64,000 nt of DNA. Source: Collinsella sp. (GTDB lineage: Bacteria; Actinomycetota; Coriobacteriia; Coriobacteriales; Coriobacteriaceae). Below the pieces are notes generated by a model that worked only from the letters and a program-made list of their open reading frames with translations, searched no databases and had not been told where the DNA came from. Within the stretch, counting starts at the first letter, position 1; each line of letters begins with the position of its first letter. Below are positions 26,021 to 34,585 of the stretch, piece by piece. The stretch lies in contig DBFVZT010000090.1 of NCBI GenBank assembly GCA_048486575.1, forward strand, positions 35,564 through 99,563, read 5' to 3'. The translations under genes were made by a program, and so were the position numbers.

Positions 26021-28000
26021 ATGAATCTTCACCTTTCTCAGTCTGATGGCTTTTTGCGTGTGGCGGCTGCATCGCCGCAGATTCGCGTGGCCGATGTCGA
26101 GGGCAATGCCGAGGTTGCGCTGGCGGCTGTTCGCGAGGCTGCCGGGCGTGGCGTTCGCGCGCTGGTGCTGCCCGAGCTTAACTTGTGCGGCTATACCGCG
26201 GCCGACCTGTTCCATAACCGCACGCTGCTGCATGCCTGCGAGACCGCGCTGGCACATGTTCTCGATGAAACCCGTGAGCTGCCGATTGTCTTTACCATCG
26301 GTCTTCCCGTTGCAGTTGCCGAGAATATTTACAACTGTGCCGCCGTGTGCTGTGCGGGCGAGCTTTTGGGCCTCACGGCCAAGAAGTATCTGCCCAACTA
26401 TGGCGAGTTCTATGAGCGCCGTTGGTTTGCTCCGGCGCCTGCGGATCCCGTGTGGGTTGAATTTGCCGGTCAGGGTCCGGTCCCGCTGGGTTCGGGACTT
26501 GTCTACCGTTGCTGTGATGAGGGCGCCGAGGACCTGGTACTGGGCGTTGAGGTCTGTGAGGACCTGTGGGTGCCGGCGCCCCCTTCGACCGAGATGGCGC
26601 TTGCCGGTGCGACGGTGATCCTCAATCCGTCGGCTTCGGACGAGATTATCGGTAAGGCGGATTACCGCCGCAGCCTCATTTCCAACCAGAGCGCGCGCCT
26701 GTACTGCGCCTATGCCTACGCGGACGCGAGCGAGGGCGAGTCCACGACCGACATGGTCTTTGCGGGCGAGAACCTCGTCTACGAAAACGGCTCCAAGCTC
26801 GCCGCGACCAAACTGCTTACCTGCGATATGGCCATCGCCGACGTTGACCTTGACCGCCTGGTTGCCGAGCGCCGTCGCTCGACGACGTGGACGCGCGCGG
26901 ACGATGCGCCGGAGGCCACGACCGTTGAGTTTTCGTTTGAGGGCGTGCTGGCCGAAGAACCTGTCCTGCGCGATGCCTGCGATATCGACCGCGTTTTCCC
27001 GCGCGCGCCCTTTGTGCCGGCCGACCACGGCGACTTGGCCGAGCGCTGCGAGACGATCCTCGACCTGCAGACTGCGGGCCTCAAGACCCGCCTCGCCCAC
27101 ACAGGTACCAAGGCTGCGGTCATCGGCCTTTCGGGCGGCTTGGACTCCACGCTAGCGCTGCTTGTGACCGTGCGTGCCTTCGATGCGCTGGGGCTGCCGC
27201 GCACGGGTATCACGGCGGTTTCCATGCCCGGCTTTGGCACGACGCACCGCACTAAGTCCAATGCCGAGTCGCTCGCTCGTGACTTGGGTGTGAGCTTCCG
27301 CGAGGTCTCAATCCATGCTGCCGTGGAACAGCACTTTAAGGATATCGAGCATGATCCGGCCGTGCAGGACGTGACCTACGAGAACAGCCAGGCCCGCGAG
27401 CGTACACAGATTCTGATGGACTTGGCAAACCAGGCCGGCGGCTTTGTTATCGGCACCGGCGACCTGTCGGAGCTGGCGCTCGGCTGGGCTACCTATAACG
27501 GCGACCACATGAGCATGTACGCCGTCAACGCGAGCGTGCCTAAGACGCTTGTGCGCCATCTGGTGCGCTATGCGGCCGATGTGTTTGGCGGGCGTATTGC
27601 CGAGACGCTGCTCGACATCCTCGATACGCCGGTGTCCCCCGAGCTTCTGCCGCCCACGGGCGACGGCGAGATTGCGCAGAAGACCGAGGATTTGGTGGGC
27701 CCGTATGAGCTGCACGACTACTTCCTCTACTACCTGCTGCGTTTTGGCTTTGAGCCGGGCAAGATCTACCGCATGGCGCTCAAGAGCTTCGAGGGCGTCT
27801 ACGACGCCAAGACCGTCCACACGTGGCTACGTACGTTCTACCGTCGCTTCTTTGCCCAGCAGTTTAAGCGCAGCTGCCTGCCCGATGGTCCCAAGGTGGG
27901 TTCGGTGACGCTCAGCCCGCGCGGCGATTGGCGTATGCCGAGTGACGCTAGCTCGCGTCTGTGGCTTGCGCAGATCGACGCGCTCAATCCAGTTGACTAA
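26021..28000 (+). CDS. nadE: Glutamine-dependent NAD+ synthetase
   Basis: Nitrilase domain (PEL, K, CEDLW) plus SGGLDST, ENSQARER, FKRSCLPDGPK. Confidence 0.95.
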   Translation: MNLHLSQSDGFLRVAAASPQIRVADVEGNAEVALAAVREAAGRGVRALVLPELNLCGYTAADLFHNRTLLHACETALAHVLDETRELPIVFTIGLPVAVAENIYNCAAVCCAGELLGLTAKKYLPNYGEFYERRWFAPAPADPVWVEFAGQGPVPLGSGLVYRCCDEGAEDLVLGVEVCEDLWVPAPPSTEMALAGATVILNPSASDEIIGKADYRRSLISNQSARLYCAYAYADASEGESTTDMVFAGENLVYENGSKLAATKLLTCDMAIADVDLDRLVAERRRSTTWTRADDAPEATTVEFSFEGVLAEEPVLRDACDIDRVFPRAPFVPADHGDLAERCETILDLQTAGLKTRLAHTGTKAAVIGLSGGLDSTLALLVTVRAFDALGLPRTGITAVSMPGFGTTHRTKSNAESLARDLGVSFREVSIHAAVEQHFKDIEHDPAVQDVTYENSQARERTQILMDLANQAGGFVIGTGDLSELALGWATYNGDHMSMYAVNASVPKTLVRHLVRYAADVFGGRIAETLLDILDTPVSPELLPPTGDGEIAQKTEDLVGPYELHDYFLYYLLRFGFEPGKIYRMALKSFEGVYDAKTVHTWLRTFYRRFFAQQFKRSCLPDGPKVGSVTLSPRGDWRMPSDASSRLWLAQIDALNPVD

Positions 28001-28118
28001 GGTTGGCTAAATTGAACCAATACGGGGGTTGCAAGCGTTACACTTTTGCAATCTGATGGCCCGTATCGCGCGGCGCTCTTGTCGGAGCGCCGCGTTTTTT
28101 ATATCGAAAGGTGGCACC

Positions 28119-29282
28119 ATGCAGGCATCGCAGCGTCTCGACCGCTTTGGCGCGGAGGTCTTCGCCTCGCTCAACAACAAGCTTCTCGCGCTGAAGGCTC
28201 AGGGCAAGACCATTTACAACATGAGCGTGGGCACGCCCGACTTTAAGCCGTACGACCATGTGGTCGAGGCGCTCACGCAGGCAGCCCAAGATCCCGAGAT
28301 GTGGAAGTATGCCCTGCGCGACCTGCCCGAACTCAAGCAGGCCGTGTGCGATTACTATGAGCGTCGCTTTGGTGTCTCCGGCATTACGCCGTCTATGGTG
28401 CAGTCGTGCAACGGCACGCAGGAGGGGGTGGGCCATTTGGGCCTTGCCCTGCTCGATCCGGGTGACACCATTTTGGTTCCCGATCCGTGCTACCCGGTCT
28501 TTGAGGCGGGTGCCAAGATCGCCGATGCCAAGCTCGAATACTATCCGCTGGTTGCCGAGCACAATTACCTGCCCTATGTGGCGGGTATCGATCCCGAGGT
28601 TGCCGATCGTGCCAAGTACATGATCGTGTCGCTGCCCGCGAACCCGGTCGGCTCGGTGGGCACGCCCGAGGTCTACGAGGAGATTATCGCCTTTGCCCGC
28701 GAGCATGATCTGTTGATCGTCCATGATAACGCGTACTCCGACATCGTGTTTGACGGCGAGCCCGGCGGCAGCTTCTTGCAGTATCCCGGCGCGCTCGAGG
28801 TGGGCGTTGAGTTCTTCTCGCTCTCCAAGTCGTTTAACGTCACCGGTGCCCGCATCGGCTTTTTGGTCGGTCGCGAGGATGTGGTCTCTGCCTTTGCCAA
28901 GCTGCGCGGCCAGATCGACTTTGGTATGTTCTTCCCGATTCAGAAGGCCGCCATCGCGTGCCTGAACGGTCCGCGCGATGAGGTCGAGGCGCAGCGTCTG
29001 AAGTACCAGGAACGCCGCGATGCCCTGTGCGACGGTCTTGAGGGCCTGGGCTGGGAGCGTCCCAACGCGCATGGCTCTATGTTTGTGTGGGCCAAGCTTC
29101 CCGGTGGTCGCACCGATTCCATGGCGTTTTGCGAGGAGCTCATGGAGAAGGCCGGCGTTGTGGTGACGCCGGGCGCGAGCTTTGGCCCTTCGGGCGAGGG
29201 GCACGTGCGCATGGCGCTGGTCCTGCCGCCCGATCAGATCGCTTTGGCTGTCGAGGCCATTCGCGAGGCGGGCCTGTATTAG
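28119..29282 (+). CDS. Class I/II PLP aminotransferase (DAP aminotransferase-like)
   Basis: PANPVG, HDNAY, SLSKSFNVTGARIG. Confidence 0.85.
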   Translation: MQASQRLDRFGAEVFASLNNKLLALKAQGKTIYNMSVGTPDFKPYDHVVEALTQAAQDPEMWKYALRDLPELKQAVCDYYERRFGVSGITPSMVQSCNGTQEGVGHLGLALLDPGDTILVPDPCYPVFEAGAKIADAKLEYYPLVAEHNYLPYVAGIDPEVADRAKYMIVSLPANPVGSVGTPEVYEEIIAFAREHDLLIVHDNAYSDIVFDGEPGGSFLQYPGALEVGVEFFSLSKSFNVTGARIGFLVGREDVVSAFAKLRGQIDFGMFFPIQKAAIACLNGPRDEVEAQRLKYQERRDALCDGLEGLGWERPNAHGSMFVWAKLPGGRTDSMAFCEELMEKAGVVVTPGASFGPSGEGHVRMALVLPPDQIALAVEAIREAGLY

Positions 29283-29483
29283 AAACCTATTTCGACTCGT
29301 CAATAGCTCGAAACCGATTTCGTGCAGTTATTTTACGAATTCTGCAAACAATTTCGGTAAACGGTCGATTTTTGGCTGCGAATAGGAGCATAATCAAAGT
29401 CCCGATTGGATGTATTGGGATTACGGCAAGCCGCTCGGGTCGTTCCCGGGCGGCTTGTTTGTGGAGAGAGATGGGAGTTTCTA

Positions 29484-30434
29484 ATGGTTAACGAGAAGAA
29501 GGTCGCTATTGTCGGCTGCGGCTTCGTCGGTTCGTCTTCGGCGTTCGCTCTGATGCAGAGCGGTCTGTTCTCCGAGATGGTCCTCATCGACGTGGACAAG
29601 AACCGCGCCGAGGGTGAGGCTCTGGATATCGCGCACGGCATGACGTTTGCCGAGCCGATGAAGATCTACGCCGGCGATTATTCCGATGTCGCCGACGCCG
29701 CCATGATCGTCGTCACCGCTGGCGCTGCCCAGAAGCCCGGTGAGACCCGCCTGGACCTGGTCAACAAGAACGTTAACATCTTTAAGTCCATTATCCCCGA
29801 GATTAAGAAGTCCGGCTTCGACGGCATTCTGCTAATCGTCTCCAACCCGGTTGATGTTCTGACCTATGCTGCCATCAAGATGTCCGGCCTGCCCGAGGGC
29901 CATGTCATCGGCTCCGGCACCGTGCTCGACACTGGCCGTCTGCAGCAGATGCTTGGTGCCCACGTCGAGGTTGACCCGCGCGATGTCCAGGCCTATGTCA
30001 TGGGCGAGCACGGCGACTCCGAGTTTGTCGCTTGGTCCAGCGCTCAGGTTGCTGGCGTTCCGCTGAACACCTTCTGCGAGCTTCACGGTCATCTGGAGCA
30101 CGAGGCTGCCGAGAAGCGTATCGCCGAGGACGTTAAGAACTCCGCCTACACCATCATCGAGAAGAAGCACGCCACCTACTACGGCGTCGCCATGGCCGTT
30201 AAGCGCATCTGCACCGCTGTTATGCGTGATGAGCAGACCGTTCTGCCCGTTTCCTCGCTCATGGTGGGCGAGTATGGCCTGTCCGATCTGGCCATCTCCA
30301 TGCCGACGGTCGTTGGCCGCGACGGCGTCGTCTGCCGCGTCCCCGTGCCGCTGAACGATGACGAGCAGCATGAGCTCACCGCCTCCGCCAAGGCCCTCAA
30401 GGACATCATCGACAGCGTCGACTTCTCCTGCTAA
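29484..30434 (+). CDS. ldh: L-lactate dehydrogenase
   Basis: GCGFVG, QKPGETRLDL, GEHGDS, ATYYG. Confidence 0.95.
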   Translation: MVNEKKVAIVGCGFVGSSSAFALMQSGLFSEMVLIDVDKNRAEGEALDIAHGMTFAEPMKIYAGDYSDVADAAMIVVTAGAAQKPGETRLDLVNKNVNIFKSIIPEIKKSGFDGILLIVSNPVDVLTYAAIKMSGLPEGHVIGSGTVLDTGRLQQMLGAHVEVDPRDVQAYVMGEHGDSEFVAWSSAQVAGVPLNTFCELHGHLEHEAAEKRIAEDVKNSAYTIIEKKHATYYGVAMAVKRICTAVMRDEQTVLPVSSLMVGEYGLSDLAISMPTVVGRDGVVCRVPVPLNDDEQHELTASAKALKDIIDSVDFSC

Positions 30435-30465
30435 ATTCGGCTCGTTTGGGCAACAGGCTACAATG

Positions 30466-30501
30466 AAAGGCGTCCGGGCCACACGGTCCGGGCGCCTTTT
30501 T
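30466..30501 (+). terminator. ldh terminator
   Basis: AAAGGCGTCCGGGCC-acac-GGTCCGGGCGCCTTTTT. Confidence 0.8.
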
Positions 30502-30563
30502 AGTGCGAGGGGGGGTCAGGTTACTTTGCACTACCCCAATGCACCATAGTTGATGGGAGGGCC

Positions 30564-31724
30564 ATGTCGGATTCGCCTAATTTTTTGACCTATGCCCAGA
30601 CGGCGTTTGATCCGTTTGAGGAACGGCCGTTCTGCGCGGTGGATAGCCTGGTCTTTGCGTGGTTGTCCTATTTGCGTTTGCCGGGTGATATGGCGGAGCT
30701 GACGAACTGGCAGGGCCTAGACGTACGCGAGCTGCTGCGCGCCGAGTGCTACCAAGACATGATTGGCGACCTGTGGGATCCGGAGGGGAGTCGTGCCCTG
30801 TTGGAGGCTGTGGCAGCAAGCCCTCGCTACCGTGGCGTTCGTGTTTGCGGCTATCGTAGCGTGAGTGATGCCGAGACAACGGAGCAGTTTGCGGCCATGA
30901 CGTTCCGATTTCCGGCGGGGTTTAGCTATCTTGCCTTCCGGGGGACCGACAGCACGATTGTGGGCTGGAAAGAGGACTTTAACATGGCGTTCCGGTGTCC
31001 TGTGCCGGCCCAGGAATCCGCGGCGCGTTATGTAGACGAGGCGGCGGATGCGATTGACGGGCCGCTTTTGTGCGGAGGTCATTCCAAGGGTGGAAACCTT
31101 GCGGTGTACGGTGCGGCGATGTGCCCCGATGTCGCCCGTGAGCGAATCGAAAGGGCGTATTCCCATGATGGCCCGGGCTTCGTCGAGGAGTTTCTGAGCG
31201 GCAACGCCTTCGCCGATCTATCCGGTCGAATCGACAAGACGCTACCTCGGTCGTCGATCTTTGGCATGATGTTCGAGACACAGGAGGACTATGCCATCGT
31301 TGAGAGCACCGAGTTCAGCCTGCTGCAACACAATCCCTTTAGCTGGGTGGTTGATGGTCGCGACTTCGTGTACTGCGAGCGCCTGTCCGCCGGTGCTCGA
31401 TACGTTGATGGCTCTATTCGCGAGATGCTGCTTGCAGTGTCGCCTAGCGAGCGCGAGCGTTTTGTAGATGCGTTGTTCTCTGTGTTTGAGGCTACGGGTG
31501 CTGAGCGGTTTGCGGATATCGCTGGGAATCTGCGCGAGAGCCTGCCCGTGATGCTCCAGGCTGCGCAAGGCTTTGACAAGGATACGCGACGCTTTGTCTC
31601 GCAGACCATCGCGGCAATCCTTAAATGCGCACTGCTGCCCAAACGACCCCAGATCGACATGCCCGCTGCCGGCAAGAGTTTGGCAGAACAGCTCGAGGCT
31701 TGGCAGTCCGAGCTCCTGCGCTAG
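30564..31724 (+). CDS. DUF2974/Mbeg1-like alpha/beta hydrolase
   Basis: EQFAAMTF, FRGTD..VGWKEDF, GHSKGGNLA, DGPGF. Confidence 0.88.
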   Translation: MSDSPNFLTYAQTAFDPFEERPFCAVDSLVFAWLSYLRLPGDMAELTNWQGLDVRELLRAECYQDMIGDLWDPEGSRALLEAVAASPRYRGVRVCGYRSVSDAETTEQFAAMTFRFPAGFSYLAFRGTDSTIVGWKEDFNMAFRCPVPAQESAARYVDEAADAIDGPLLCGGHSKGGNLAVYGAAMCPDVARERIERAYSHDGPGFVEEFLSGNAFADLSGRIDKTLPRSSIFGMMFETQEDYAIVESTEFSLLQHNPFSWVVDGRDFVYCERLSAGARYVDGSIREMLLAVSPSERERFVDALFSVFEATGAERFADIAGNLRESLPVMLQAAQGFDKDTRRFVSQTIAAILKCALLPKRPQIDMPAAGKSLAEQLEAWQSELLR

Positions 31725-31826
31725 CCATTGGTGCAAAGCAACCTGTCCCCGATGCACCAATCTTCGATGCGCCTGGGGCGGGCTCGACCGCTATACTGGT
31801 TCGTGCCGAAATCGATCTAGAACGGA

Positions 31827-32840
31827 ATGCCGTATATGAAAATCAATCACGCGATTCTGCATATCCTGGACTTTGACTCTGCCGTCAACGTTATGAGCCA
31901 GCGCGAGTTGGATATCGAGAGCCGTACCGTGCGCAACTTCGTGACAACGCATCTGCGCCGCGCGCGTACCTCGGCCGACAATAAACGTGCCACGTTTGCC
32001 GAGAACTCTGCGTTTGGCGGCGAGCTCAAGGGCTATTTCTTTGGCGAGCGCGAGTTCGTGGACCTGTCGCAGCAGATTGCGGAGTTTATTTCCTCCGAGC
32101 TCACCAAAGCCGAGAAAGCCGAGTCCACCGACGTGCTCGTGGCCGATTTTGACGACGATGAGGATGCCCGCTGGTTTGCCGTGATGCTGCTGGGCTCCAA
32201 GCAGGCTTTTATGCACGAAGTGGGCCGCGAGGAGGGGGAGGTGCGCAACGACATCGCGCGCCACTACGCCATTCTGCCCAACCCCTCGCAAAAGGTGCCG
32301 AGCTATGCCATCGTGCGCGCGAGTACCATGGAGATCGGCTACGTGGACAAGAAGCGCAAGATTGCCGGCGAGGACCGTATGCTTATCCCCGATGGCCTGC
32401 TGCAGTGCGACACGGGCGTATCGGGCAAGGAGGTCATCGACACCGTGACGCGTGTGGTCGAGGAAGTCGCCGAGGAGCACGGTGCCAACACGGCTATAGC
32501 GCTCGCTAAGGTTAAGGCTGCCGTTGCCGAGAAGGTCGAGGATGACGAGGAGCTGCCGCCTTGGGATATCGTCGACGAGGTCTTTGAGGACGAACCGGTT
32601 ATCAAGGAGAGTGTGCGCGCGGCACTGACCGAGGAGAAAGTGCCTGAGCGTGTGCCCGTGGAGCGCAAGCAGGTCGAACGCGCGGCGGTGCGCAATCATA
32701 AGATCCGTACCGACACGGGTATCGAGATCAGCTTCCCGGCCGAGATGGGCTCGAACTCCGAGTACATCGAGTTTGTCAACGAACCCAACGGCCTCATCTC
32801 CATCGAGCTCAAGAATATCGGGTCAATTGAGAATCGATAA
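31827..32840 (+). CDS. Nucleoid-associated protein (NdpA/YejK-like)
   Basis: INHAILHILD; C-terminal KIRTDTGIEISFP..EFVNEPNG.ISI. Confidence 0.8.
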   Translation: MPYMKINHAILHILDFDSAVNVMSQRELDIESRTVRNFVTTHLRRARTSADNKRATFAENSAFGGELKGYFFGEREFVDLSQQIAEFISSELTKAEKAESTDVLVADFDDDEDARWFAVMLLGSKQAFMHEVGREEGEVRNDIARHYAILPNPSQKVPSYAIVRASTMEIGYVDKKRKIAGEDRMLIPDGLLQCDTGVSGKEVIDTVTRVVEEVAEEHGANTAIALAKVKAAVAEKVEDDEELPPWDIVDEVFEDEPVIKESVRAALTEEKVPERVPVERKQVERAAVRNHKIRTDTGIEISFPAEMGSNSEYIEFVNEPNGLISIELKNIGSIENR

Positions 32841-32864
32841 ACTGCGCTTGGACGCTGCAAAAAT

Positions 32865-32901
32865 AAAGGCCGAAGCCCCGGATGAGGGCTTCGGCCTTTT
32901 T
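32865..32901 (+). terminator. Intrinsic terminator
   Basis: AAAGGCCGAAGCCC...GGGCTTCGGCCTTTTT. Confidence 0.8.
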
Positions 32902-32926
32902 ACTTGGGGCTGAATTACGTTGCAGG

Positions 32927-33052
32927 TCGAGCATACGTCAGCGAAAACGACCCAGAGCGAGCAAGGTGACGTGAAAGAGGAGGGCATCGACCTTCTGGTC
33001 ATGCCCGACGATTGAACGTCAGATTGCCGCTTAGGGGCGTTTGCAGCGTCGA
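32927..33052. other. Long imperfect rod-like hairpin (possible repeat element or ncRNA)
   Basis: Nested stems AAACG/CGTTT, GAGCG/CGCTT, GCAA/TTGC, TGACGT/ACGTCA, GGGCAT/ATGCCC, GACC/GGTC. Confidence 0.55.
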
Positions 33053-33085
33053 GCCGTTACGCGGTTTGGTAAAACCGCGTAACTT

Positions 33086-33805
33086 CTACAGCTGGCGCAG
33101 GCCCTCTTCCAGGCCGGTCTTGCTGTCGGTCTTCTCGTCGCGCATCTTGATGACGCGGGCGGGAATGCCGGCCACGACGGCGCCGGCGGGGACGTCCTCG
33201 ACGCACACGGCACCGGCAGCCACGACAGCGCCCTTGCCCACGCGCACGCCCTCCAAGACCACGGCGTTGGCGCCGATCATGACATCGTCCTCGACGATGA
33301 CGGGCGTGGCGCTGGCGGGCTCCACAACGCCTGCCAGCACGGTGCCGGCGCCGATGTGGCAGTTCTTGCCCACGGTGGCGCGACCGCCCAGCACGGCGCC
33401 CATATCGATCATGGAACCCTCGCCGATAACGGAGCCGATGTTGATGATGGCGCCCATCATGATGACGGCACGGTCGCCAATCTCGACGCGGTCGCGGATG
33501 ATCGCGCCCGGCTCGATGCGGGCGTTGATGCCCTTAAGGTCGAGCATGGGCACGGCGGAGTTGCGGCAATCGTTTTCAACGTCGTAGTAATCGATGGAAT
33601 CGGCATTGGCGTCCAGGATGGTCTTGAGCTCGTCCCAGTCGCCAAAGACGGTCTTGCCGCGACGGCCGCCGTAGACATGTGCGTCGCCCCAGGCAACCTT
33701 CATGCCCGGCTTCTCGCGCACGTACAGCTTGACGGGCGTCTTTTTGGGCGCGGTGGCGATGTAGTTGATAATCTCCTGTGCATCCATCTCGGCTGCGTTG
33801 CTCAT
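33086..33805 (-). CDS. dapH: Tetrahydrodipicolinate N-acetyltransferase
   Basis: EIINYIA..KKTPVK, RNSAVP, hexapeptide repeats, AGVVEPASA. Confidence 0.9.
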   Translation of the reverse strand: MSNAAEMDAQEIINYIATAPKKTPVKLYVREKPGMKVAWGDAHVYGGRRGKTVFGDWDELKTILDANADSIDYYDVENDCRNSAVPMLDLKGINARIEPGAIIRDRVEIGDRAVIMMGAIINIGSVIGEGSMIDMGAVLGGRATVGKNCHIGAGTVLAGVVEPASATPVIVEDDVMIGANAVVLEGVRVGKGAVVAAGAVCVEDVPAGAVVAGIPARVIKMRDEKTDSKTGLEEGLRQL

Positions 33806-33844
33806 TTGCTATCTCTCCTTTGGGTGGATTCGGTTGATACCTGG

Positions 33845-34585
33845 TTAGGCAAACATGACCTTGTCGAACGTATAGAAGCCGGGTTCGCGGGTGACGAGCT
33901 TCTGCGCGGCTGCCAAGGCGCCGTTGACAAAGATCTGACGGCTCGTGGCGCGGTGGGTGAGCGTGACCTCCTCGTCCTGGCCAAAGAAGCTCACCTCGTG
34001 CACGCCGGCGACGGTGCCGCCGCGCAGCGAGTGCATACCGATTTCCTTGGGATCGCGTGCTCCGCACATGCCCTCGCGGCCATAGACGGGGTGGTAGCCT
34101 GCCTCGGGTTCAGCTTCGACGACGGCGTCGAGCAGCAGCTTGGCAGTGCCGCTGGGGGCGTCGACCTTTTGGTTGTGGTGCGTCTCGACGATTTCGCAGT
34201 CAAAGCCGGGCAGCTCGCGTGTAGCCTGCGCCACCAGATGGCGCAGGGCTGCGATACCGATGGAGTAATTGCCCGAGTGCATAACGCGGGTGTTCTGGCC
34301 CAGCTCACGCAGGCGGTCCATCTGCTCGGGGGTGTAGCCTGTGGTGCCTGAGACCAACGCCGCGCCCGTGCGCTCGACATAGGCGACGACGGCGTCGAAG
34401 GTCGCGACGTTCGAGAAGTCGATGATGACGTCGGCAGCCGGTGCGTTCTCGAGCTCGCTCAAATCGAAGCCAATCTGGGCCACGATATCAAAAACGGGCT
34501 GCCCGGCGGCGTCGACAATGCCTTCGGCGGTAGTGCGGATGAGCGAGCCCATGCGGCCCGTTCCCATAATGACGGTCTTAATCAA
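33845..34585 (-). CDS. dapB: 4-hydroxy-tetrahydrodipicolinate reductase
   Basis: GTGRMG, GTTG, ETHHNQKVDAPSGTA. Confidence 0.95.
   Translation of the reverse strand: MIKTVIMGTGRMGSLIRTTAEGIVDAAGQPVFDIVAQIGFDLSELENAPAADVIIDFSNVATFDAVVAYVERTGAALVSGTTGYTPEQMDRLRELGQNTRVMHSGNYSIGIAALRHLVAQATRELPGFDCEIVETHHNQKVDAPSGTAKLLLDAVVEAEPEAGYHPVYGREGMCGARDPKEIGMHSLRGGTVAGVHEVSFFGQDEEVTLTHRATSRQIFVNGALAAAQKLVTREPGFYTFDKVMFA

Noticed and set aside
29319..29339. Rex operator upstream of ldh (TTCGTGCAGTTATTTTACGAA)
   Set aside because: Imperfect palindrome with spacing off the Rex consensus; too weak to call.
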